DNA of 64,000 nt from Candidatus Zambryskibacteria bacterium RIFCSPHIGHO2_01_FULL_46_25 (GCA_001825155.1 MHVH01000006.1:4939-68938); one strand, 5' to 3'. Positions 1 through 9,844 are shown, counted from the first letter of the stretch. Made by a program: numbers and translations. Notes: generated by a model not told the origin, from the sequence alone.

Positions 1-6
1 GTCATC

Positions 7-354
7 TTGGGTAACATTATTTTCGCCATCCTTGTCCTTACGGCAGTTTTTGCCTTGGCCATATTCATCAACCGACCGCCAGAGAACGTGCGCGTCACAG
101 TAGACGAGACGGGCATTACCCGTGGCAGAGTCCGCTATCCGTACGAGAGCCTCAAATCTTTCTGGCTTGACGAGGACCACCCCTTCCCGAAGATTATCCT
201 CCAGTCGACGAAGCCATTGATGCCACTCATCGTCGTCCCGCTGGGGAAAGAAGTTGACGCTATTAAAGTAAACGATACTCTCTCCCGCTTCCTCACAGAG
301 GAATACCACTCTTTGCCCTTCGTAGAGAAAGTGCTAGAGTATTTGGGATTTTAA
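7..354 (+). CDS. Hypothetical membrane-anchored protein with PH-like domain (probably 5'-truncated by window edge)
   Basis: N-terminal TM segment then 'VTVDETGITRGRVRYPYESLKSFW', a pattern typical of bacterial PH-like CPR proteins. Confidence 0.6.
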   Translation: MGNIIFAILVLTAVFALAIFINRPPENVRVTVDETGITRGRVRYPYESLKSFWLDEDHPFPKIILQSTKPLMPLIVVPLGKEVDAIKVNDTLSRFLTEEYHSLPFVEKVLEYLGF

Positions 355-358
355 ATTA

Positions 359-430
359 GCTCTCGTAGTTAAATGGATATAATGCAAGCTTGCGGAGCTT
401 GCGTTCCAGGTTCGATTCCTGGCGAGGGCA
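359..430 (+). tRNA. tRNA-Arg(GCG), no encoded CCA
   Basis: Acceptor GCTCTCG/CGAGGGC, anticodon stem CAAGC-TTGCGGA-GCTTG, T-loop GTTCGATTC. Confidence 0.92.
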
Positions 431-694
431 CTAGGAAAGCTTCCTAACCAGTTTAGAAAGGCGGGATTTCTTGCGAGATGCGGTATTTTTGTTCAAAGTG
501 TGAGACTTGACCGCCTTGTCGAAAGCCTTCTGGAGAATAGGCATCAGGGCCTGGGCGGCTTTCTTGTCGCCGGCGAGAACCAGCTTCTTTAGAGACTTAA
601 CTACTTTGGAAACAGCGTCTTTTCTCCGCAGATTGAAGACGCGCTTTTTTAGAGACGCGCGATGGGCTTTCTTGGCTCCTCGTGTTATAGGCAT
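431..694 (-). CDS. rpsT: 30S ribosomal protein S20
   Basis: MPITRGAKKAHR...KNTASRKKSRL, S20 signature. Confidence 0.95.
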   Translation of the reverse strand: MPITRGAKKAHRASLKKRVFNLRRKDAVSKVVKSLKKLVLAGDKKAAQALMPILQKAFDKAVKSHTLNKNTASRKKSRLSKLVRKLS

Positions 695-720
695 TGGAGA
701 GATGCTACACTAGTTATTAT

Positions 721-1305
721 ATGATTTCAAGCCTTTCCGGCACGGTAAGATACAAGGACCTCCATAGCGTTGTGATAGACATCGGCGGGGTCGGATATAA
801 GGTGGCTGTGACCACGGATGTGGCTCTTGAGGCGCAACCAAGCTCCCCCATCTTCCTCTGGACACACCTGGCTGTCCGCGAGAATGCTCTCGACCTGTAT
901 GGTTTCCCGGATAAGGAAACCTTGGAAGTCTTCGAGCTTCTTATCACTATCCCCGGCATTGGACCGAAAACGGCTCTCGGCATCATGAACGTTGCCTCCC
1001 CCTCCATGCTCCGCCAGGCTGTGGCGAGCGGAGACACCACATACCTCACTCGCGTCTCTGGCATAGGCAAGAAGAACGCGGAGAAAATTGTGCTCGAACT
1101 CAGGGACAAGCTCAAAATAACCGAGACGGACGCTTCGACGGGCTCAGCGCAGGTAAGAGCAGAAGGAGATGCTCTCGAGGCCCTGGTCTCTCTAGGCTAC
1201 AGCGAGCGCGACGCGCGCGAAGCGTTGAAGAGAGTGCCTAAAGAAATTCAAGGGGCTGCGGAAAGAGTTAAGCACTCTCTTAAAATCCTAAGCACCAAAT
1301 CCTAA
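721..1305 (+). CDS. ruvA: Holliday junction branch migration protein RuvA
   Basis: MISSLSG..GVGY, HhH motifs IPGIGPKTA and VSGIGKKNA, C-terminal ALVSLGY. Confidence 0.96.
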   Translation: MISSLSGTVRYKDLHSVVIDIGGVGYKVAVTTDVALEAQPSSPIFLWTHLAVRENALDLYGFPDKETLEVFELLITIPGIGPKTALGIMNVASPSMLRQAVASGDTTYLTRVSGIGKKNAEKIVLELRDKLKITETDASTGSAQVRAEGDALEALVSLGYSERDAREALKRVPKEIQGAAERVKHSLKILSTKS

Positions 1306-1371
1306 ACTCTAAACAAATCCTAATGTTCAAAATTAAAAATTTAGGATTTAGAAATTAGGATTTAGGATTTT
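1282..1371. repeat. Degenerate 7-mer (AAATCCT/AGGATTT) array arranged as two inverted arms; overlaps the ruvA 3' end
   Basis: aaatcctaagcaccaaatcctaaactctaaacaaatcct ... tttaggatttagaaattaggatttaggattt. Confidence 0.85.
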
Positions 1372-1377
1372 ACTTTT

Positions 1378-2235
1378 ATGCCTGAATTACCAGAGGTCCA
1401 AACTACGGTAAACGGACTCAACAGAACCGTGCGCAATAGAAAAATCGTTGAAGTCTCAACGAGCTACAAAAGCGCTTATCATGCAGGCAAAGACAATATA
1501 AAAAACCCCGCATTTTTCAAAAAATTCAAAGAAATTGTCGAGGGCAGGAAAATTTTAAAAGCTGAGAGAAGGGCAAAGAATGTTCTCATTCATCTTTCGG
1601 GCGGACACACCATCATCGCCCACATGAAGATGACCGGACACTTCGTTTACGACAGGCCGAATTATCCATTTGTTCGTCTACAATTTAACCTTGACAATGC
1701 CAAGACCTTGGCATTGTCTGACATGCGCAAATTCGCCAAAGTTACGCTGGTAAATACTGCCGATGTGAATAAAAGCATGCATCTGGAACATCTCGGCCCG
1801 GAGCCACTCGAGAAAAATTTTCAATTTCCAAATTTCAATTTACAATTACACAAAAGGCCGAGGGCAAAAATAAAAACGGCCCTTATGGATCAAATTCTCA
1901 TCGCCGGAATCGGTAACATTTATTCCGACGAGATTCTCTGGAGAGCCGGGGTGCACCCCCTATCCGCCGTAAGCAAAATTCCCGCCAAAAATTTTAAACT
2001 CATGTTCGCTGCTATGAAAAAAGTTTTAAAAGAGGGCATAGATTTCGGCGGGGACTCGATGTCTGACTACCGGAATATCAAGGGCGAGAAAGGGAAATTC
2101 CAAGAACGCCACCGCGCTTACCGTCGCACAGGCAAGGCCTGTGGAAAAAAGGGTTGTAAGGGTGTGATAAAAAGAATTGTCGTCGGCGCCAGGAGCGCCC
2201 ACTTCTGCCCCATTCATCAGAAATTATATAAATGA
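1378..2235 (+). CDS. mutM: Formamidopyrimidine-DNA glycosylase
   Basis: MPELPEV N-terminus, GIGNIYSDE, C-terminal zinc finger. Confidence 0.97.
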   Translation: MPELPEVQTTVNGLNRTVRNRKIVEVSTSYKSAYHAGKDNIKNPAFFKKFKEIVEGRKILKAERRAKNVLIHLSGGHTIIAHMKMTGHFVYDRPNYPFVRLQFNLDNAKTLALSDMRKFAKVTLVNTADVNKSMHLEHLGPEPLEKNFQFPNFNLQLHKRPRAKIKTALMDQILIAGIGNIYSDEILWRAGVHPLSAVSKIPAKNFKLMFAAMKKVLKEGIDFGGDSMSDYRNIKGEKGKFQERHRAYRRTGKACGKKGCKGVIKRIVVGARSAHFCPIHQKLYK

Positions 2236-2717
2236 AAACCTGCATCCTGATTTTAGAAAATCTGCGAAGCGTTGAGAATACAGCCTCGATTTTCCGCACT
2301 GCGGAGGGACTTGGTGTATCGAAAATAATTCTAGTCGGCACAACACCTGCGCCGATAGACAGGTTCGGTCGGAAGCGCGCCGATTTTGCCAAAGTTTCTT
2401 TGGGTTCCGAAGATATGATTGAGTGGAGTTATGTTGGGCAGGAAAATTTTCAATTAACAATTTCCAATTTGCAAAAGGAGGGATTCAAAATTATTGCGTT
2501 AGAACAGGATAGGAATTCAAATCCTTTGCAAGCTGTAAGCTCTAAGCTACAAGCTTTTGCCTTGATTGTCGGAAGCGAGGTAGAGGGGGTATCAAGGGGC
2601 ACCCTTGACATGTGCGACGAGATTCTAGAAATTCCAATGCGTGGCAAGAAAGAGTCTCTGAATGTCTCCGTCTCCACAGGCATCGCGCTCTATATGTTAT
2701 TATTGAATCATGCTTAA
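2232..2717 (+). CDS. SpoU/TrmH-family RNA methyltransferase
   Basis: ENTASIFRTAEGLG, GSEVEG, IPMRGKKESLNVSV SPOUT motifs. Confidence 0.92.
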   Translation: MKTCILILENLRSVENTASIFRTAEGLGVSKIILVGTTPAPIDRFGRKRADFAKVSLGSEDMIEWSYVGQENFQLTISNLQKEGFKIIALEQDRNSNPLQAVSSKLQAFALIVGSEVEGVSRGTLDMCDEILEIPMRGKKESLNVSVSTGIALYMLLLNHA

Positions 2718-3114
2718 TCCATTCCCGGACCTACTCTCGTATTCCCTCTTGGCGCCGCTTATCTTGCGCCTGGTAATCGGCATCATCTTCATCGACCTTG
2801 GGCTACTCAAGTTCCGTTCGGAGAAAGAGAGATGGCTTGCCTCCTTTGAGGCTCTCCAGCTACGTCCTGCGGACTTCTTCGTATATCTCTACGGTTTCTT
2901 ACAGGTTGCGGGCGGCATCTTGCTCCTTATCGGTCTGTGGACACAAGTAGCGGCGCTCGCCTTCGTCATCTTTACCGGTATAGAACTATATATAGAATGG
3001 TCGGCGCGCGAGGTGCTCAAGCGCGACATCGTCTTCTACCTTCTCATCTTTGCCATTTCCCTGTCACTTCTCTTCACGGGCGCCGGCGCCTACGCCTTCG
3101 ACATTCCGCTTTAA
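2710..3114 (+). CDS. DoxX-family membrane protein
   Basis: LILRLVIGIIF..G..K, GILLLIGLWT, GAGAYAFD. Confidence 0.85.
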   Translation: MLNPFPDLLSYSLLAPLILRLVIGIIFIDLGLLKFRSEKERWLASFEALQLRPADFFVYLYGFLQVAGGILLLIGLWTQVAALAFVIFTGIELYIEWSAREVLKRDIVFYLLIFAISLSLLFTGAGAYAFDIPL

Positions 3115-3138
3115 TTCTTGTATAGTTTTCTTGTTTTC

Positions 3139-3209
3139 GCCCCCATAGCTTAGTGGTAAAGCAGTTGCCTTTTAAGCAATTGACCTAGGTCCGATTCCTA
3201 GTGGGGGCA
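3139..3209 (+). tRNA. tRNA-Lys(TTT), no encoded CCA
   Basis: GCCCCCA/TGGGGGC acceptor, anticodon loop CTTTTAA. Confidence 0.92.
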
Positions 3210-3227
3210 CATAAATAAAGACGCACT

Positions 3228-3896
3228 ATGAAAATCATCGAGGAACATCGTTTGGCTCTCACTGTATTTGTAGTATATGTGATTGGTTTCTTTTCTTGGA
3301 ATCATTACCTGGGTAGATTTGGGTTTTTTGAATATGAACTTATACAAACTCGCTTTTTTTCTGCAGGTTTTATGTCAGTAACAATACTCTCTCTGATTGT
3401 TTTGGTTGTATGGCGATTATTAAAGACTGTCAATTATGAAAAAAGGTTGTGGAAAATTTTTCTTAATCTACCAATTTTGTATCAAATTTCCATATTGATT
3501 TTTATTCTCTGTACATGGACTCTGTATTTTTCCACTTCCGTCTTTCCTCTTCTTCCCCAACATTGGGGCGGAGCAAGACCCCAAATTGTAAGTATAATAG
3601 CGAGTTCTTCTACAATCGATTATTTGCGAGTAATGAACATACTTCCTGTAAATGCTGGGGCTGGCAAGAACCCAATTGAATCAGAAAAGATTTGTCTCTT
3701 ATATCAAAACAAGGAATTTTTGTTACTAGGTCATAGTAATGTGGAGATTAATCAAGAAGCTACCCTAGCAACAACTTCACCTAACCGAGTTTTAATCTTA
3801 AAACGCGAGCAGATAGAGGCATTGAGTGTTCTTCCTCTTGTAAACACCATTTGGGCAAGACAGCTTGGGTGTTCATTAATTGAACTGTATAAATAA
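3228..3896 (+). CDS. Hypothetical AT-rich multi-TM membrane protein
   Basis: 222-aa ORF with three hydrophobic segments, visibly more AT-rich than its neighbours. Confidence 0.6.
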   Translation: MKIIEEHRLALTVFVVYVIGFFSWNHYLGRFGFFEYELIQTRFFSAGFMSVTILSLIVLVVWRLLKTVNYEKRLWKIFLNLPILYQISILIFILCTWTLYFSTSVFPLLPQHWGGARPQIVSIIASSSTIDYLRVMNILPVNAGAGKNPIESEKICLLYQNKEFLLLGHSNVEINQEATLATTSPNRVLILKREQIEALSVLPLVNTIWARQLGCSLIELYK

Positions 3897-3897
3897 C

Positions 3898-4701
3898 ATG
3901 ACAATAATTCTGGATGGAAAGAAATTAAGCGGGAAGATTGCAAGTAATCTCGAAGGAAAAATCTCAAAGCTCAGAAAGAAGCCCAAACTTGTCATTGTCC
4001 AAGTCGGCAGCACCGAAGAATCGAATAGATATATAAGAAGGAAGATTATTTTCGGAGAGAGAATCGGTGCGGAGGTCGCACACAGGAAATACCCAACGGG
4101 AATTACGGAAAAGAAGCTTATCTCCGAAATCGGGCTTCTGAATTCAGATAGAAAAATACACGGCATCATCGTCCAGCTTCCTCTCCCCTCGCATCTTGAT
4201 CAGGGAAGGATTATAGGCGCTCTGGACCCGGTCAAAGACGTTGACGGATTCCACGGGCTCTTCACTCCGGCCACAGCCAAGGGCGTCATAGTCATGCTCG
4301 ACAACTACAAAGTAGAGATTGCGGGGAAGAAGGCGGTGGTGGTGGGCAAATCCGAACTCGTCGGCAAGCCCATAGCGCTCGCACTCCTTCGCAGTGGGGC
4401 CACCGTTACCGTCTGCCACAAGCAAACCAAGAATTTAAAGCGAGAGACGATACAGGCGGATATCCTTGTCGTAGCCGCCGGACATCCGAAACTCATTACC
4501 AAGAGCCATGTAAAGAAAGGCGCCGTGGTGATAGACGTAGGCATAAACGTGCTGAAAAACGGGAAATTGTCCGGCGACGTCGATTTCAAGAAAGTCTCCA
4601 AAATCGTGAGGGCTATCTCCCCCGTCCCCGGCGGCATCGGCCCCATGACGGTCGCATCGCTTTTCGAGAACCTGCTCGAAGCATATTGTTTACAAACCTA
4701 G
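3898..4701 (+). CDS. folD: Methylenetetrahydrofolate dehydrogenase/cyclohydrolase
   Basis: GIIVQLPLP, KDVDG, IDVGIN, PVPGGIGPMTV. Confidence 0.96.
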   Translation: MTIILDGKKLSGKIASNLEGKISKLRKKPKLVIVQVGSTEESNRYIRRKIIFGERIGAEVAHRKYPTGITEKKLISEIGLLNSDRKIHGIIVQLPLPSHLDQGRIIGALDPVKDVDGFHGLFTPATAKGVIVMLDNYKVEIAGKKAVVVGKSELVGKPIALALLRSGATVTVCHKQTKNLKRETIQADILVVAAGHPKLITKSHVKKGAVVIDVGINVLKNGKLSGDVDFKKVSKIVRAISPVPGGIGPMTVASLFENLLEAYCLQT

Positions 4702-5136
4702 AAGAGTTTTCTCGATGAAAGTTTCCGTCTCTTCTTCCCCTCTTCTTACCCGGTGGTAACCCTTGACCAAGTTTTCGGACAAGAGTTCCAGTTCTCCGGG
4801 TTTGAAATTTTTAATAAAACTTTTTGCCTTGCTGTACGGATATGGCTTCATCTCCGCTTCTTCGGCAGTCTTGGTGCGACTGGCGAGAAGCATAGTCTTG
4901 ACCTGCCAGAAAACTTTGTAGAAAACTTCTTCCGCTACCATCCCGGAAGCAAGCGCCTTTCGATAAATCACCCAGGCTTCTCTCTTATTTCGCCTGCCGA
5001 TGGCATCGGTCAAAGCAAATATATTGAATTCTCCCCGGCTCTTTAAGGCAAGGCCTTGGGAATCATCCTTAAGGCCTTGCCTTTCCCCGCCGAAAAGATC
5101 TTCCGAAGCGACTGTTTCCCCGAATAAGTTTTTCAT
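4690..5136 (-). CDS. Short DNA polymerase III delta (HolA)-like protein, C-terminal domain only
   Basis: 'FNIFALTDAIGRRNKREAW', 'MKPYPYSKAKSF..NF...EL' resemble the delta C-terminus; translationally coupled to polA. Confidence 0.65.
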   Translation of the reverse strand: MKNLFGETVASEDLFGGERQGLKDDSQGLALKSRGEFNIFALTDAIGRRNKREAWVIYRKALASGMVAEEVFYKVFWQVKTMLLASRTKTAEEAEMKPYPYSKAKSFIKNFKPGELELLSENLVKGYHRVRRGEEETETFIEKTLLGL

Positions 5137-7505
5137 ATCTTTTCCATTTCTCCCCAATTTTTACCCGAATGCGCTTCGGCTACGATAGGCACACCTCGAC
5201 TTACGCTCGGGGCAAGCACCCCTTCCATGATTTTTTTGAAATTCTTGGCCACCTCATCCGCCAGCTCTTCGGAAACTTCGAAAACCAGTTCATCGTGTAC
5301 CTGGAGTACCAGGCGAACCTTGCCAGCCTCCCCGTTCTTCCTTATGTAATCATCAACTTTTTTCATAGCAATCTTGATGATGTCGGCTTGCGTGCCCTGG
5401 ATAGGAGCATTTACCGCCATGCGCTCAGCTTGCGCTCTGACATAAGGCAGAGGAGATTTGAACCCGGAGAAATATCGGCGCCGACCGAACATTGTCTCCG
5501 TATAGCCTCTGCGCGCCGTCTCGGCCTTAATCTTGTCAATATAAGCCGCAAGCCCGGCAAAGGTGCCGAAGTATTGATTGTAAAATTCCTGAGCCTCCTT
5601 CCTGTCAGTGCCGAGATTTTTCTGCAGGGCAGTAACACCCATGCCGTAGAGAATGCCGAAATTAATGGTCTTCGCTTTGACCCTCATCCCCTTGTCTACT
5701 TTATCGGCCGGCACCTTGAAAACCCGCGAAGCAACGCCGGCATGCACATCTTCGCCTCGTTTGAAAATATCAATAAGTTTCTTATCCCCCGAGAGAATGG
5801 CCGCCAGACGCAGTTCGATCTGGGAATAGTCGAGGGAGACGAGCTTATGCCCGTCTTCCGCTACAAAAGCGTTTCTGATAGCGCGACCGAGCTCTGTCTT
5901 GTTCGGAATGTTCTGGAGATTTGGGTTATTCGAAGCCATGCGTCCCGTTACCGCTCCATTCTGGAGGAAGGTGGAGTGCAGGCGGGAATCCCTGTCCAAG
6001 AGGGGCGGTATGGCGTCGATATAGGTCGAGAGAAGCTTCGAAAGTTCGCGGTAGTCGAGAATCAGGGCGATTATGCGGTGTTTGTCCCGCAACTTTTCAA
6101 GCTCTGACTCTCTTGTCGAGAGGGCGCCCCCGGGAGTTTTCTTCTGCCTCTTATCGGCGAGGCCCAGCTTCTCGAACAGCACGCTACCAAGCACTTTGGG
6201 AGAATTAATATTGAATTCTTCTCCCGCCTCCCGCCAAATTTCTTTCTCCAGGCGGGAAAGTTCTTTGTGATACGCGGCGGACAAGCCGGACAAAATTTTC
6301 TTATCGACCTTGATGCCCGTTTCATTCATCTTCTCAACAATAGTCATGAGAGGTTTTTCTATCTCTTCGAAAACAAATCTTACTTTTCTCTTATCAAGCT
6401 CCTGCTCAATAACCTTCCTCGCCTCTTTAATATCCTTCGCTTTGGTAAAATTCATCACATCTTCGACGGTTGGCGCAGTAATGTTCGAATCAATTACCCA
6501 CAGAGCAAGCGCCAACTCTTTCTCCTCTTCATTATTAACCCCCTCCGGTTTCACCACCTCCCCCTTGACAGGGGGAGGGTCGGATGCGGCTATCAATTTT
6601 TTCACTCTCTCGCTCAAGGTGCGGAAACCAAGCTCTTTGAAAAGTTCGAGAATATTTTCGAGTTTGAAATTTTCTCTCCACTCGGCAGGCAATTTGAAAT
6701 TAATCGGCGCGTCTGTGCGAATAGTCGCGAGTGTTTTCGAAAAGAGCGCCTCTTCTTCGTTCTCCTGCAGAAGGTTCTTTACGCGCTCAGTAATTGCCGC
6801 CTTCTTCCAATCATCATTCTTTTTCTTCAGCACTTTGTAAATTTCTTCTATCGTGCCAAATGATTGGATAAGGGATGTAGCTGTTTTCTCTCCGATTCCT
6901 TTAACACCAATAATGTTGTCCGACGGGTCACCGCGCAAACCCTTGTAGTCTATGAGCTTGTCGGGGGCGAAGCCGAATCTCTCAACCACCCTATCTTCAT
7001 CATAAATAATGGTGTCGTTGAGCCCTTTTTTAAGCGTATAGACCCGCACCTTCTTGCCACTCACGAGTTGCATGGTGTCCATGTCCCCAGAGGCGATAAT
7101 AATTTCAAGATTTAGGATTTGGGATTTAGGATTTAGGATTTCATGCACTATGGTGCCAATGATATCGTCCGCTTCGAAGCCTGGGCAAGAATAAATCGGA
7201 ATGCCAAAAACTTTAAAAATATCTTTCGCTCGCTCAAGCTGGAGCTCCAAGTTGGCATCGTTTTCCTTCCGTCCAGCCTTGTAACTCTCCGCTGCCTCGT
7301 GGCGGAAGGTCGGACCATGGAGGTCGAAGGCCGCCACAATATAATCGGGTTTCAAATCGTTAACAATTTTTATAAGCATGGCAACAAGACCATAGAGAGC
7401 ACCAGTTGGCTCGCCGGTGGAAGAAGCGGTGAAGTCCGGCAGCGCGTGATAAGCACGGTGAATAATGGCGTGCGAATCAAGTAAAATTAATTTCTTAGCT
7501 TTCAT
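5133..7505 (-). CDS. polA: DNA polymerase I (5'-3' exonuclease + polymerase; 3'-5' exonuclease region largely absent)
   Basis: LLDSHAIIHRAYHA, EADD, DYSQIELR, KTINFGILYG, QVHDEL. Confidence 0.97.
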   Translation of the reverse strand: MKAKKLILLDSHAIIHRAYHALPDFTASSTGEPTGALYGLVAMLIKIVNDLKPDYIVAAFDLHGPTFRHEAAESYKAGRKENDANLELQLERAKDIFKVFGIPIYSCPGFEADDIIGTIVHEILNPKSQILNLEIIIASGDMDTMQLVSGKKVRVYTLKKGLNDTIIYDEDRVVERFGFAPDKLIDYKGLRGDPSDNIIGVKGIGEKTATSLIQSFGTIEEIYKVLKKKNDDWKKAAITERVKNLLQENEEEALFSKTLATIRTDAPINFKLPAEWRENFKLENILELFKELGFRTLSERVKKLIAASDPPPVKGEVVKPEGVNNEEEKELALALWVIDSNITAPTVEDVMNFTKAKDIKEARKVIEQELDKRKVRFVFEEIEKPLMTIVEKMNETGIKVDKKILSGLSAAYHKELSRLEKEIWREAGEEFNINSPKVLGSVLFEKLGLADKRQKKTPGGALSTRESELEKLRDKHRIIALILDYRELSKLLSTYIDAIPPLLDRDSRLHSTFLQNGAVTGRMASNNPNLQNIPNKTELGRAIRNAFVAEDGHKLVSLDYSQIELRLAAILSGDKKLIDIFKRGEDVHAGVASRVFKVPADKVDKGMRVKAKTINFGILYGMGVTALQKNLGTDRKEAQEFYNQYFGTFAGLAAYIDKIKAETARRGYTETMFGRRRYFSGFKSPLPYVRAQAERMAVNAPIQGTQADIIKIAMKKVDDYIRKNGEAGKVRLVLQVHDELVFEVSEELADEVAKNFKKIMEGVLAPSVSRGVPIVAEAHSGKNWGEMEKI

Positions 7506-7932
7506 GGATTTCTATTTCTCTGGCACCTTCGTCGATAAATTTAAACGCAATTTTCCGTGCCGAGATAGGAATGGCGCCGGGCACATTCTCCGGCCATTCG
7601 ATAAAGACCAGATTTTCCGGCTCGCTTACTATTTCCTCCCAGCCCAAATGCAGAAGCTCCGAATCCCGCTCCAATCTATACGCGTCGACATGGATGAAAT
7701 TCTTGAATCCCTTAAAATCAATCTCATATATTTTCATTATGACGAATGTGGGGCTATGCATGTTCTCCACTACTCCCATAATTTTCCCCGCCTCTTGCGT
7801 AAAGGCGGTCTTGCCCGCGCCCAAATCGCCCTGCAGGGCGACCACGGTCGCCTTGCCACCCAGACTTATGGATTCGAGGAAATCCTTGGCGATTCCAGCA
7901 GTTTCCCCAAGGTTTTTGGAGAGGTATTTCAT
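7495..7932 (-). CDS. tsaE: tRNA t6A biosynthesis ATPase TsaE
   Basis: GDLGAGKT, SPTF, HVDAYRL, IEWPE. Confidence 0.95.
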   Translation of the reverse strand: MKYLSKNLGETAGIAKDFLESISLGGKATVVALQGDLGAGKTAFTQEAGKIMGVVENMHSPTFVIMKIYEIDFKGFKNFIHVDAYRLERDSELLHLGWEEIVSEPENLVFIEWPENVPGAIPISARKIAFKFIDEGAREIEIHES

Positions 7933-7990
7933 GAGGGCATTCTATCATTTCGTGGGCAAAAATGGACCTTTCGGGTTACAATGGAGCGGT

Positions 7991-9667
7991 ATGGTTACAT
8001 TCGATGAAGAGAAGCAGAATGAGCGCGTACGTTTACTGCGCGAGAAAGATGAAGAGAACCTGGCGGCAACCCTTGCGGAGCGCCATGGCGTTCCCTATAT
8101 AGACCTATCGGCCCACCCTATCAACCTCGACGCGCTTAGGGTGATGAAAGAGGCTGAAGCAAGAGAGGCTGGAGTGGCGGTGTTCAACGCCACGGACAAG
8201 AAGATAGACATTGCCGTCCTTTCCCCGCAGAACGAGAAAGCTCTCGTCGTCATCGAAGACCTGAAGCAAAGAGGCTACTTGCCAGAAATATTCATGGCCT
8301 CGCATCAGAGCCTGGAGAAAGTTTGGGAGCGCTACAAAGACCTCTCATACTCTTTCGAAACGAAATCCGGCGCCCTCGATATCTCAAACGAAGAGATTGT
8401 CGAAATAACAAGGAAAGTCCATTCGCTCGAGGATATAAAATCTATGATTGAGAGTGTTCTTTCCCTTAAGCGAGCCTATCGTATTTCGAAAATACTCGAA
8501 ATTATACTCGCGGGGGCAATCTCACTTAAGGCCTCCGACATCCACCTTGAGCCGGAGGACGAGAGTCTCCGCTTGCGCTACAGGCTCGACGGTGTGCTGA
8601 CCGACATATTGCATTTCGACAAAGAGACTTACGAACTTCTGCTCTCGCGCATTAAGCTTGTAAGCGAACTCAAGCTCAATCTCAAAGAGAAGGCTCAAGA
8701 TGGGCGCTTCTCGATTAAGCTCGGAGAAACGGAAATCGAGGTTCGCACATCCCTTCTACCCGGGCCATATGGCGAGTCGGTGGTATTGCGAGTGCTTAAT
8801 CCCGAGGCTATCGCTGTCGAACTCGACAAGCTCGGCATCCACCCTATGTTGCTTGAGATTCTCAATCGCGAAGTGCGGAAACCCAATGGCATGATTCTCA
8901 CCACCGGCCCTACCGGCTCCGGCAAGACAACCACCCTCTACGCATTTTTGAAAAAGATTTACAACCCGGAGATCAAGGTTATAACAATCGAGAATCCGAT
9001 TGAGTATCATCTCGGCGGTATTGTCCAAACCCAGACCGAACCGGAGAAGGGCTACACTTTCGCCGAAGGCCTTCGAAGCGCCTTGCGCCAGGACCCGGAC
9101 GTAATCATGGTGGGAGAAATTCGTGATGACGAGACGGCCGCCGTCGCGGTAAACGCCGCCCTTACCGGACACTTGGTGCTTTCGACTCTCCACACCAATA
9201 ACGCGGCGGGCTCATTCCCCCGCCTCTTGGACCTCGGCGTGAATCCCAAGGTCATAAGCTCCGCCCTAAACGTTTCTATCGCCCAGCGCTTGGTAAGAAC
9301 TCTCTGCCAGTCATGCAAAAAAGAAATCGCGCTTGATGGCACTGATAAAGAGAAGGTGGAAAGAATCCTTTCCGAAGTCGCCAACCATACATACCTTGAT
9401 GGTATTCAAAAAGAAAAAATTTGGGTTCCTGTCGGCTGCACAGAATGCAACAATCTGGGATACAAGGGTCGCATCGGCGTCTATGAAGCGATTCTCATAG
9501 ATGGGAAAATCGAGCAAGCAGTCATAAAGAATCCCTCCGAGCGCGATATTCGCGAAGCGGCCAAGGATCAGAAACTCCTGACGCTCGCCCAAGACGGCAT
9601 AATCAAGGTCCTAAATGGAGTTACTAGCATGGAAGAACTTAAGCGAGTTGTCGATATTGATATCTAA
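7991..9667 (+). CDS. pilB: Type IV pilus assembly ATPase, PilB/GspE family
   Basis: ASDIHLEP, GPTGSGKTTTLY, LRQDPDVIMVGEIRD, TGHLVLSTLHTN, two CxxC pairs. Confidence 0.9.
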   Translation: MVTFDEEKQNERVRLLREKDEENLAATLAERHGVPYIDLSAHPINLDALRVMKEAEAREAGVAVFNATDKKIDIAVLSPQNEKALVVIEDLKQRGYLPEIFMASHQSLEKVWERYKDLSYSFETKSGALDISNEEIVEITRKVHSLEDIKSMIESVLSLKRAYRISKILEIILAGAISLKASDIHLEPEDESLRLRYRLDGVLTDILHFDKETYELLLSRIKLVSELKLNLKEKAQDGRFSIKLGETEIEVRTSLLPGPYGESVVLRVLNPEAIAVELDKLGIHPMLLEILNREVRKPNGMILTTGPTGSGKTTTLYAFLKKIYNPEIKVITIENPIEYHLGGIVQTQTEPEKGYTFAEGLRSALRQDPDVIMVGEIRDDETAAVAVNAALTGHLVLSTLHTNNAAGSFPRLLDLGVNPKVISSALNVSIAQRLVRTLCQSCKKEIALDGTDKEKVERILSEVANHTYLDGIQKEKIWVPVGCTECNNLGYKGRIGVYEAILIDGKIEQAVIKNPSERDIREAAKDQKLLTLAQDGIIKVLNGVTSMEELKRVVDIDI

Positions 9668-9681
9668 ATCAAATCGAGATA

Positions 9682-9844
9682 ACTTGGAGGAAGATCCAGC
9701 CTATAAATCTCTAAGCAAAAGTCAAATGATTCTCTCGAGGATAACTCCAGTAAACCAGAGCGTCCTTAGAAAATTATCCGTTGCTTAGAGATTTATGTGC
9801 TGGATGATGTCTTATCCAAGTCTAGCACATAAACATTTTTATGT
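9682..9844 (+). other. Long imperfect inverted repeat / structured leader upstream of ruvB
   Basis: ATAAATCTCTAAGCAA (9703-9718) is the exact reverse complement of 9781-9796; pairing extends to 9682-9688/9815-9821. Confidence 0.6.

Noticed and set aside
3139-3896. Integrative element at tRNA-Lys
   Set aside because: Only one AT-rich gene follows; no integrase or duplicated tRNA 3' end found.
5169-6863. Long antisense ORFs opposite polA (similar shadows over ruvB, comM, nusA, hppA, rny)
   Set aside because: No recognisable motifs; explained by codon bias of the real gene on the other strand.
7571-7990. N-terminal extensions in the ORF track (pilB from 7571; also M23 from 38986, cca from 57562, doc from 46204)
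   Set aside because: They overlap other genes or RNA structures; downstream starts with -10 boxes or operon coupling fit better.
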